From Hydrolagus colliei (Eukaryota), in assembly GCA_035084275.1 (NCBI GenBank), contig CM068778.1, positions 1,054,001 through 1,118,000 on the forward strand: DNA of 64,000 nt. The letters run 5' to 3'. Within the stretch, counting starts at the first letter, position 1. Each line of letters opens with the position of its first letter. The notes beneath the pieces are model-generated. The model was not told the origin of the DNA. It searched no databases and was given only the letters and a program-made list of their open reading frames with translations. This document shows positions 25,440 to 35,178 of the stretch, in pieces. A program made the translations under genes and the position numbers.

Positions 25440-26400
25440 CTTCAAATAAAACGCTGACTTTACTCTGTGTGTGTAACAGCGATAGAGGGAAAGGGGGGAT
25501 GTGTGTGTATGTGTGAGTGTGTGAGCTTGGGTAATTGTGAATGTTATTGTGTGTGTGTGTGTGTTTGTGAGTGACTTTGTGTTAGTGACAGTGTGTGTGA
25601 GTGTATGAGTGTGTGTGTGTGAGTTTGTATGGGCAGGGGGATTATGATTGTGTGTGTGGGTGTGACTATGTATGTGTGCGTGTGTGTGCGAGCTTGGGTA
25701 ATTGTGAATGTTAGTGTGCGAGTGTGTGAGTGACTGTGTGTTAGTGTGTGAGTGACTGTGTGGGTGAGTGACTGTGTGAATGAATGAGTGGCTGTGTGAG
25801 TAATTGAGTGACTGTGTGAGTGTGTGAGTGAGTGAGTGAGTGAGTGTACGAGAGTGTGTGTGTGCTGGGTGATTAAGATTGTGTGTATAGGGGACTGGGT
25901 TATTGTCAGTAGGTGTGAGTGTGTGAGAGTGTGAAATGGTTGATATTGCGTGTGGGTGTGTGTAGGCTTTCATAATCGTGAGTCTGTGTGTGTGTGATCC
26001 TAGCTGGGTGTGTGTGTGAATGTGTGTAATTCTGGGTGGATAGGAGAGTATGTGTGTATTGGCCTGTGTGTGTGTATTATTGTATGTGGCCCTAGTAGAT
26101 GAGATTGCTTGTGAGTGTGTGCGTGTGTGTGTGTGTGAGCCTCGCTGGTCATGGGTCCACAGCAGTGTGTGTGACAGTGTATAAGTTGAGACGGATGTGA
26201 GTGTGTGTGAGCCTGTGTGTGTGTGAGTGTATTATTGTGGGTGTGAGCCTGGGTGGCTGTGAGTGTGTGTGAGAGTACAGGTGAGTGTGTGAATGAGTGT
26301 GAGTCTCTGTGAGTGTGTGCACGCCTGTGTGGGGGTTTGTGTGTGTGACCCTAGCTGGGCATGCGTAAATAGTAGTGTGCGTGAATGTGTGTCAATCTGG
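25440..26400. repeat. Degenerate (GT)n/(GTGA)n microsatellite tract; counterparts at 37060-37830, 39700-39960, 40390-40670
   Basis: Low-complexity sequence seen directly. Confidence 0.9.
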
Positions 26401-26785
26401 ATGGATCGGAGAGTGTTTGGGTGAACGCCTGTGTGTGTGTGTGCGAGTGTGTGTCTGTGTGAGTGTGTCTGTGTTTGAGTGTGAATCGGTGTGTTTATTT
26501 GAACATGTCCGAGTGTGGCTGAGTGTGTGTATAAAGCTGTTTGCGTGTGGTGGGTGGGAGGGGTGGAGGATGTGGGAGGTGGAAGCTGCTGTTTCGCTCT
26601 CCCACAAATATATGTACAGTCACTACAATTTACGGTATATCCTGTGAAGCGCTTTGAGACACAATCTAGAAGACGTGAAAAGCCGCGATATCAAACGCCG
26701 GGGTTATTATTATTATTATAATTAGTACTAATTGAATGAAACCTTCCCCTTTGGGACCTTGACTCGTAACTTACAATAAAGATTT

Positions 26786-26791
26786 TTTATT
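26786..26791 (-). promoter_or_regulatory. Poly(A) signal for secretory IgM of unit B
   Basis: AATAAA about 170 nt after the secretory stop; the unit C counterpart reads ACTAAA (about 36745). Confidence 0.65.
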
Positions 26792-26959
26792 GGAGTTACT
26801 TTCTTTCCATTACTTCAAATTAGTCAACGTTAGGGAGGGGGGGAGGTGGGAGCAGAGGGAGGGGAGGGGAGGAGAGGAGAGTAGGGGGAGGGTAAGAGGT
26901 AGGGGGAGAGTGGTGCCGACAAAAGGAGCAGCCAACGGATGAAGCCAATGGGAAACACG

Positions 26960-27345
26960 TCATTGGCAGCCATTGACGTTGTCCAGCAGGACGAGAGACG
27001 GGTTTACGAAACAGGGTTTACCGCTGAACTTGTTGATTGATCTGGTCTTGGGCTGGTCCATGGATTCGTGTCTGACCACACAGGTGTAGGTGTTCCCCTG
27101 CTCCCACTCGGAGCTCGAGATGGACAACAGACTGTACATGGAGTGTTTGTGTCCGGTCTCGGTTCCCATGACCTCCGTGTTGGAGTAGTCGCCCTCGCTC
27201 ATGGCCTGGCCGTTGACCGTCCACTCCACCAGGATCTCCTTGGGGACGAAGTCCTTCACCAGGCACGTGAGGTTGACCGATTGGTGAGAGGAGAGCTCCT
27301 CGGCCAACAGGAGGAGGAGATACACTGAAGGCTGTTCTGGGGAGA
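26960..27345 (-). CDS. ighm: Unit B CH4 plus secretory tailpiece
   Basis: Open exon with both Cys and the Trp; tail GKPCFVNPSLVLLDNVNGCQ with a penultimate Cys. Confidence 0.92.
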
Positions 27346-27866
27346 CTGTGGGGAGAGTCGACACTCGAATCAACGGAGGCGACAAAACGGACAACGCTCG
27401 TAGAAACACTTTCACGTCAGGAGGACGTCCCATGGCGAGTGACAGTCACTGTGTCAGATCCGAGTGAGGGTAAGACGGGGGGTGGGGTAGGGTGAGGGGA
27501 GGGGAGGGATTGGTAGTTGCCGATGTGTGCATCGAAGAGGAGAACCTTGAGGTGGGACTCGAAGGGAGGCCAGGGAGGGAGGGGGCGAGTGAGCGAGGTG
27601 GAGGGAATGTGGGATGTGGGGAGGGAGGGAGGGAAGGAGGGAGGGGAATGAGTGAGGGAGGGAGGGGGCGAGTGAGCGAGCGAGCGAGGTGGAGGGAATG
27701 TGAGATGTAGGGAGGAAGGGAAGGGAGGGAGGGAGGGAAGGGAGCGAGGGAGCGTGGGAACGTGCGAGGGAGGGAGCGAGAGCAGGTTGGGATAAGGAGT
27801 TGCAGTTGTTAATAAGCCAAAGAAACCATTCGTTGGTCCCGAAAACCCCTGGCGTCCTTTGCTCAC

Positions 27867-28148
27867 CTTCGATCTTAGATATCTCTGCGCGCTTGGGAGA
27901 GGCCATAGTTGGGTGGCTGGCCTGGCAGGCGTATCTCTTCCTACTGGCCCAGTCTTGGGCGGGAATCTCCAACTCGCTGACCGCTCGCCGAGCCGAGCGA
28001 CTCTCTTGCGCCGAATGTAAGGCCGTCTGTCCTCGAGTCCAACTCACGGTGACGTCGCTGGGGGCGTTGGTTACGACGCAGGTCAGGGTGACGGTGGCCT
28101 GCGTCAGCAGCTGCCTCGGTGAGGGCGGCAGCAGAGACACGCAGACTT
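27867..28148 (-). CDS. ighm: Unit B CH3 exon (94 codons)
   Basis: Open, phase 1-1; TLTC..SW..YAC motifs. Confidence 0.9.
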
Positions 28149-28698
28149 CTGGCACGGCAGGCGGACAATCGGGAGGTCCTGCAGTTCGAATCCGGGCAGA
28201 TCAGGTCAGGGTCCAGGGCAAGGCAGGGCAGGGGGAGACCCTGGGTAAGTTTCGGTAATCTTCCCCCTCAACACACACACACACACGTACGCACACAAAC
28301 ACACGTACGCACACACACGCAACACACACGTAGCACACACAACACACAGTGTGAGTGTGTGTCTGGGGGGGGGGGCTTGGTGATTCTAATTGCGCGTGTG
28401 TGTGGGGGACTGGGTTATTGTGAGTAGGTGTGTGTGTATGTGAGTGTGCATGTGTGTGTGTGTGAGTGTGCATGTGTGCCTTTGTGAGTGTGTATGTGTG
28501 CATGTGTGAGAGTGTGTTTGTGTGTGCGTGTGCATGTGTGAGAGTGTGTGTTTGTGTGCATGAGTGAGTTTGTCTGAGTTAGTGTGAGTGTGTGTGGGGA
28601 CTGGGTTATTGTGAGTGTGTGTGTGAGTGTGTGTGTGTGTGTGTGCTAGAGAGAGCGAGTGCTCCGTAGCACTGAGCTACAGGAGACCCCAACCCTAC

Positions 28699-29643
28699 CT
28701 GGGCTCCAATTGGTGATGTTTATGATGATGAGTGTCTGGGAGGGATCATGGGTGACTTTGCAGGCATAAACCACGTCTTTCGACCAGTCTGTGGCCGGGA
28801 TGGTCAGTCTGCTGTCAGTACTGAAGGTCCCATTGTCATTGAGCGAAGGGGAGGTCTCAATGCCTGAGGCCAAGGCCTTCCCGTCCTTCAGCCAGTCAAC
28901 CCTGAGCTTGTCCAGACTGAAGCCAGAGACTGAGCAGAGAAGGGTGGCCTGGTTGGCGAAGGCGATGTCTTCAACAACAACAAATAAACAACAAATTACA
29001 TTTATAGAGTGCCTTTCAAGACGGGAGGACGTCCCAAGGCGCTGCACGGGAGGTGTGTGACCCGAGCTGGGAGCGGAATGTTTGGGAAGGGGTGAAACAC
29101 GAAGGGGAGGTAAAAGAGTTCGGGGTGGAACAGAAGGCACGATCGAAGAGGAAAGTCTTCAAACCGGCCTTGAAAGAGGAAAAGGAAGAGACTAAACGGA
29201 GGGATTGAGGGATTGCATTCCAAAGGGTGGGGGCGGAGAAACTGAAAACCCGGCCTCCGATGGTGGGGCGGTTCGGGCGGGGGGCTTGGAGCAGGCCAAG
29301 TCCTGATGAACGGAGGGTCCGGGTGGGCGTGTAGGGGGAGAGTAGATCGGTTACGTAGGGTGGGGCAAGGCCGTGTAAAGCCTTGTAGGTGAGGACGAGG
29401 ATCTTGAACTCGATCATCTGGAGGATGGGGAGCCAGTGGAGACGGGCGAGGGTGGGGGTTATGTGGTCGCGGAGGCGGGTGCGGGATAGTACACGGGCTG
29501 CAGAGTTTTGGATGGCCTGCAGCCTGTGAATGGAAGAACTCGGGAGGGCGACGAGGAGAGAATTTCCATAGTCCAGCCGTGAGGTGATGTATGCGTGCAC
29601 AAGTGTTTCGGCAGCGCGGGGGACGTCTGTGTGATGAGCACAA
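28699..29643 (-). pseudogene. ighm: Unit B CH2 exon split by an L2 insertion (29643-29618 and 28972-28699)
   Basis: The two halves are contiguous in unit A (20031-19726); read-through into the insert stops at 29459. Confidence 0.92.
28973..29617 (-). mobile_element. 5'-truncated L2 (about 645 bp) inside the CH2 exon, same sense as the Ig gene
   Basis: Open L2 RT C-terminal peptide (ORF 29016-29684) and a (TTG)n tail; no clear TSD. Confidence 0.92.
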
Positions 29644-30165
29644 CTGGAGGCGACGGCGACAACAACAAGGACAAAATTAGACACGCACAGACATGGACTT
29701 TTGCGTCAAGATGACGTCCCAATGCGCTGGACAGTCACTGCTTCCGAACCGAGCTGAGGACAATGTGATGGCGTTGGGGGGAGGGGTGGGGGTTGGGGTG
29801 GGTTGTGGGGGGGAGGGATGTTGAGGGCGTGGGGGGTGTGGGAGATTATGATTTGCTGATGGGCCCATCGAAGAGGAGGGTCTTGAGGCGAGACTTGCAG
29901 GAGGCCAGGGAGGGAGAGAGGGAGGGTGAGAGGGAGCGAGGCGGAGGGACTGAGGGATGGAGTTCCAGAGATTGGGGTAAGGTGGGCGAACGGATAGAGT
30001 GGCTGAAGGCTGGCCGATTAGGCTCACCGTCATACGAGCATAAGCATTAGGAGCAGAAGTAGGCCATTCAGCCCCTAGAGCCTCGCGTGAAAGGCTCTAC
30101 ACAGGGGTAATGTTGTCGTTGTTGTTGTCTGATCGTCTCTGTACCTTTGGAAACACAAAACTAAC

Positions 30166-30474
30166 CTGGGAATGTGACATTCTCGGCTGACCAGCTGCTG
30201 CTTTTGACCTGACAACGGAGATTGGAGATGTCCACCTGAGATGCCTGGATGGTCAGCTGGCTACTGGCTGTGTAGAGACCGGCCTTGCTGAGCACCGGGG
30301 GGTAACTCCTGACTTGGCCTTCGTTGGCGATGGGACGTCCATTGGAGGTCCAGCTGAAAGTGACCGGCTCGGGGGCGTAGTCGGCGGCCAGACACCCGAA
30401 CGTGAGTCGGACTTCGGGAGGGGGCGATCCGTAGGTGGGCCAGAGGGCGTAAAGACTGGGAGCTCTAGGGGTAG
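30166..30474 (-). CDS. ighm: Unit B CH1 exon (103 codons, not shown in the ORF track)
   Basis: Manual translation: ATPRAPSLYALWPTYGSPPPEVRLTFGCLAADYAPEPVTFSWTSNGRPIANEGQVRSYPPVLSKAGLYTASSQLTIQASQVDISNLRCQVKSSSWSAENVTFP; cag acceptor and gttagt donor. Confidence 0.92.
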
Positions 30475-31649
30475 CTGGAAACGCGGAGAGAGCAAAGTTA
30501 GACCCCCCCCTCTTCCAGGTTTCCTTCTGTGTGCAATTGGGTCAGACGCCACAGATACACTGGACTAGACCTGACACACGCGTCAATACACACACAGGAG
30601 TAGGCCATTCAGCCCCTCGAGCCGGCGCCACCATTAAATAAGATCACGGCTGATCTTCTAATCTAACTCCTCCCACCCCCTGCCTTGTCCCCATCCCCCC
30701 TTAATCCCTTTATCCTCAAGAAATCTCATCAATCTCGTCTTGAAAATGTCCAGGGACTGACTGAGCATCTACAGACCTTTGGGGTAGAGAATTCCATCCA
30801 ATCACTATCCTCTTGAGTGAAGATGTTTTTCCTCAACTCAGTGTGAAAAGGCTGACCCCTCATCTTCAGACTGTGACCCTCTAGTTATGGTTTCTCCAAC
30901 CAGGGGAGACAGTCTATAAGATCACCTCTGATTCTTCTAACCAGGTCTCACACTCAATCACAGCCTGAACCCTGACATCTCAAACGCAAACTGTTTCCAT
31001 CCAATAACCCACAGGTTATTTGCTCCACACAAACACACACACACACACAGAGACACACACACACACAGAGACACACACAGAGACCTATCATCATCCCTCC
31101 AAAAGAAACCACAATAATTAAAATTGGGATTTTCAATCCACAGCTGTCTGTGGGGGATGCTGCTATGCGCAAATTGGATGCCGCGTTTCGCTCTCCCACA
31201 AATATTCAGTCACTACACTTGACAGTCTATTCTGTGAAGCGCTTTGAGACACAGTCGATAAGATGTGAAAATTATTATATTATTGTCATATCCGAGAAGT
31301 TTTAGTGACTGTATTTGCAATGACATCCCTGCAGTGTAAACCCACTTTACTCTCAGTCTCCCTCCCCACCACCCCAGTCACCCCCCATCTCCCCCGGACG
31401 AGCCTCTTTCCTTCCTATTTAACAACCCATTGAAATTCAGATTGGAACCGATCAGACAGGTTGCCACTCGCTCATCCCACAACATTCAGGCCCTGATTCC
31501 CAACACGCTGGAAAAGTTTCAAACGTATTTATACAATTCCCGACCCCATCGTACCCCCACAATCAGCAGCCGGCATCACCACAATCAGACATCGCAGGAC
31601 GTCTGTCAGTGTGACTTCAGCTGAGCAGTTAACCACAGAAAACATACCA

Positions 31650-32220
31650 GCAATAATACTAATAATATAATTATAATGAAATAATTAATATAAATGTTAA
31701 ATGTAAAATGTTAAATGTTACATGTTCCATGTTTTAATTTAATTAAATTTAAAAATTTTACATGTTACATGTAAAATTACATGTTACATGTTACGTGTAA
31801 AAAAAAATATTTTAATTAAATTTAAAATTAAAAAAAAATTAAATTCAACATTAAACATTAAAAATTAAAAAATTAAAAATAAAAAATTTTAAAAATAAAA
31901 ATAAAATTAAAAATTAAAAATTAAAAAAAAAAAATTAAAATTTTAAATTTAAAATTTTAAATTAATTTAAAAATTAAAATTACAAAATCACAAAATTACA
32001 ACAAAAAAAAACAAAAAAAATTAAAAAAAACAATTTACATTTTACATTTTAAAATTTCCATTTAAATTTTTTTAATTTCCATTAAAAAACATTTAAAATA
32101 AAATACAAATTAATTTTAAATGTTACATGCTACATGTTAAACGTTAAATTTTCACTTTTCAATTTTAAACTTTAAACTTTAAACAGTAAAATCAAACATT
32201 AAATAATAATCATTGCATTT
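31650..32220. repeat. Extremely AT-rich low-complexity tract in the J-CH1 intron; paralog at 22770-23060
   Basis: Near-pure A/T runs seen directly. Confidence 0.9.
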
Positions 32221-32463
32221 GACTTTGCGCTTTTCATATTTTATCAACGTCTCAAAAGCTCTGCACAGAATACACTGAATTGACAATATATTTTGTGGGA
32301 GAGCCGAACGCGGCAGCCAATTGCGCACAGCAGCTTCCCCACAAATAGCCGTGGATTCAAAATAACCAATTTTGTTTCAGTGGGAATTTTTTGGGGGACG
32401 GATTATTATTGAGTGAGTGAGTGAGCGCGTTCTTTCTTTCGCTCGTTCGCAATTGTTTCTTAC

Positions 32464-32511
32464 CGTCAGTCACTGTCAGCATGGTCCCTTGTCCCCAGTA
32501 GTCAAGATATT
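32464..32511 (-). CDS. ighj: JH segment of unit B: YLDYWGQGTMLTVTD
   Basis: WGQG motif, donor G|gtaaga, heptamer-like CACAGTA at 32512-32518. Confidence 0.92.
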
Positions 32512-32919
32512 CACAGTAGTCAGTGGTCTGCTCACTACAATAACTTGCTGTGAGGACAGGTCACACAAACAATCTGTTATTCCAAATGGTAAATTTCCTC
32601 CCAAAACAAAACGCAGGGAACCGTCTCTCTCTGTCATGTTCCCAACACCAACAACAACAACAACCGCACAGAACAATCTGCGTTCGCCTGTTGTTAAACG
32701 CCTGTGTCTTTCTGTGTTCCCGACAACAAAACAGCCCCCATTGCGATTGTCGCCCACGGATTTGAGATTCAAAATTCGACGTTTTATGTGTTTTTAAGTC
32801 AAATCGACTGAAAATTCCTCAGCGGTGGGTCTCCTCATACACACGTCAACTCTCCGAGCGTTAATTGGGACCTTCACAAGCCGGCGATGGGAGAGATTGA
32901 GAAGGTTTTGCTGTTGGAG

Positions 32920-32947
32920 GGTTTTTGTATTGACAGTTAACGCTGTG
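32920..32947 (-). promoter_or_regulatory. 12-bp-spacer RSS 3' of the V-D exon
   Basis: CACAGCG-TTAACTGTCAAT-ACAAAAACC, with a perfect nonamer. Confidence 0.92.
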
Positions 32948-33470
32948 ACCGTAGTGTACCCGGTAGTGCGGTCTTGCACAGTAATATATGGCGGTGTCGT
33001 GAACTGTCGGACTGTTGATGGTCAGATCGAAGATGTTGTTGGAAGTGTCTTTGATGACAGTGACACGGCTTTGAATGCCGGGCGGGTAATATTGGTAGCT
33101 TGAGCTGTAATACCACAGGAGCCATTCCAAGCCTTTCCCAGGAACCTGCCTAACCCAGCTCATGTACCAGCTGCCGAGATTGAACCCGCTGGTTTTACAG
33201 GTGAGTCTCACGGCCGTGCCAGGCTTCCCGGTTAGAGTCGCCGGCTGTGTCAGCACCACAGCGCCCTGGACGCCTGCGAGAAACGAGAAAAACGGGACCC
33301 GAGGTTAATTACGACGAGAACCGAGATCCGTGGTCGCGGAGACAGAGAGAGAGAGAGAGTCAGAGAGAGACACACGGACGCAAGCGAAAACAGCGAGACT
33401 AGGGTAGGACGAACGCCGACTCACATGAGAAGAGAGCCAGCAAGAGGCTGAGAGATATCAGGGACCTCAT
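32948..33470 (-). CDS. ighv: VH gene: leader 33470-33425, V exon 33273-32948 with a germline-joined D-like tail
   Basis: [15 protein letters not shown]|[69 protein letters not shown]; shark-type VH framework, open. Confidence 0.95.
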
Positions 33471-33650
33471 GGCTTCCCAGACAAAGTATCAGAGTTTGAC
33501 GCTCTGTTTGTTTGAACCACAACAGCCGAGAGACAGACAGCTGTCGGGTGGACAGATGGGGTCTGTTACACACTGAACTGCTATATAACGAGGGGGACGA
33601 GGCCAGGTGTCTGGGGAACGGACCAATGAGGTATCAGGCTGACTGGGGAA
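33471..33650 (-). promoter_or_regulatory. Putative VH promoter without an octamer; paralog at about 35000-35178 (+)
   Basis: Both copies share ATTGG, the E-boxes CACCTG/CATCTG/CAGCTG and a GCGTCA CRE-like half-site; TTATATA is present only in unit B. Confidence 0.55.
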
Positions 33651-35178
33651 GCGGCGGTGGGAGGGAGAGAGAGGGGGTGGGGGGAGGTGAAGGAGGTGGG
33701 AGAGTCAAAAAAATGTGAGTGTGTGTGTGTGTGAGTGTGCGTCTGAGTGTGAGTGTGTGTGTTGAAAGCTTGAGCTGTTTGTTGGAGTATTTTTAACCAG
33801 TCTCCAGTGGTCGGCTTTCAGGTCAGGTCAGTATTAAGAGGCAGAGACTCTAATTCAGTGGCAGAGAGAGCAGGTGTTTCCTGTGGATAAGGAACTGAGC
33901 CCTTCTCACATCATCAGATTTGGGTCCCCAGACACATACACACAGTCACTACACTCGACGGTCTATCCTGTGAAGCGCTTCGAGACACGGTCGATAAGAC
34001 GTGGGAAGCCGCGATATCCAAACGCCAGGATTATTATTATTTATTATTATCATGTCTCCACCGTTTAAAACTCGCGAAACAATTAAGTTAAATTAGTTAA
34101 ATTGAATTAAATCCGCTTAATTTCGCTTCACGTTCCACCAAAACCGGAGTGGTTTTGTGAGGCGGACACACGCGGCTGTGTGTGCGTGTGAGTGTGTGCG
34201 TGTGAGTGTGTGTGGACGTGTGTGTGTGAGTGTGTCTGTGTGTATGTGTTTATTTGTGTGTACAGTGTATATATGTTTGAGTGTATGTTTGTAATAATAA
34301 TCATAATAATAATCCTCACGTTTGATATCGCGGCGCATCACCTCTTATCCACGTCTCAAAGCGCTTCATAGAATAGACTGTCAAGTGTAGTGACTATATA
34401 TGTTCTGTGGGGAGAGCGAAACGCGATCGGCAGCCGATGGTGCACAGCAGCGTCGTCGTCGTCCCGTCCCCCCCCCCCCCCCCCCCCCGCACACACAGCC
34501 AACAGTGGATTGAAAATGACTGATTTTTATTATTTTATTTTTATTATAGTGGGTTTGTTTCTGGAGGCATTATTATTAGGCGTGTGTGTGTCTCTGTGTG
34601 TGTGTGTCCCTGTGTGTGTGTGAGTGTATGTGTGTGGAGTAAGGAAACTTGCCCAAGCTTTCGCCTTGACCCGACCTGATCTGCCTGGATTCGAAACACA
34701 CAGATCACTCATGCTTGCAAGCGAGCGAGAGAGAGAGAGAGAGAGAGCAAGAAAGAGAGAGAGATAGAGCGAATGAGTGAGTGAGCGAGTGCTCTAACCA
34801 CCGAGCCACGGAAAGCTCCCACTATTGACACTCGTATTAATTAATATGAACTTTGCTGCCGTCCAAGCAGAAGGTAAATTAATGATCAGTGCGGGGGTCT
34901 GAGGGAATGTGAGGTGCGACTCTCCCCCCCCCCCCCACCTTCCCCCGCCTCCCTCCCCCCAGCTTCTCCCCCCCCTCCTCCCGCCCTCCGCCCCCACTCC
35001 CCAATCAGCCCTGGAACCTCATTGGTCAATTCCGCAGACACCTGGCCTCGTCCCCCATCATACAATATCAGCTCAGTTTGTAACAGACCCCATCTGTCCA
35101 CCCGACAGCTGTCTGTCTCTCGGCTGTTGTGGCTCAAACAAACAGGGCGTCAAACTCGGATACTTTCTCTGGGAAGCC

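Noticed and set aside
30954-31199. ORF near the J-C intron as an extra J or exon
   Set aside because: No WGxG motif, RSS or convincing splice sites; it overlaps SINE and microsatellite sequence.
32941-32950. Cryptic donor TACG|gtcaca allowing expression without rearrangement
   Set aside because: In phase, but a poor match to the donor consensus.
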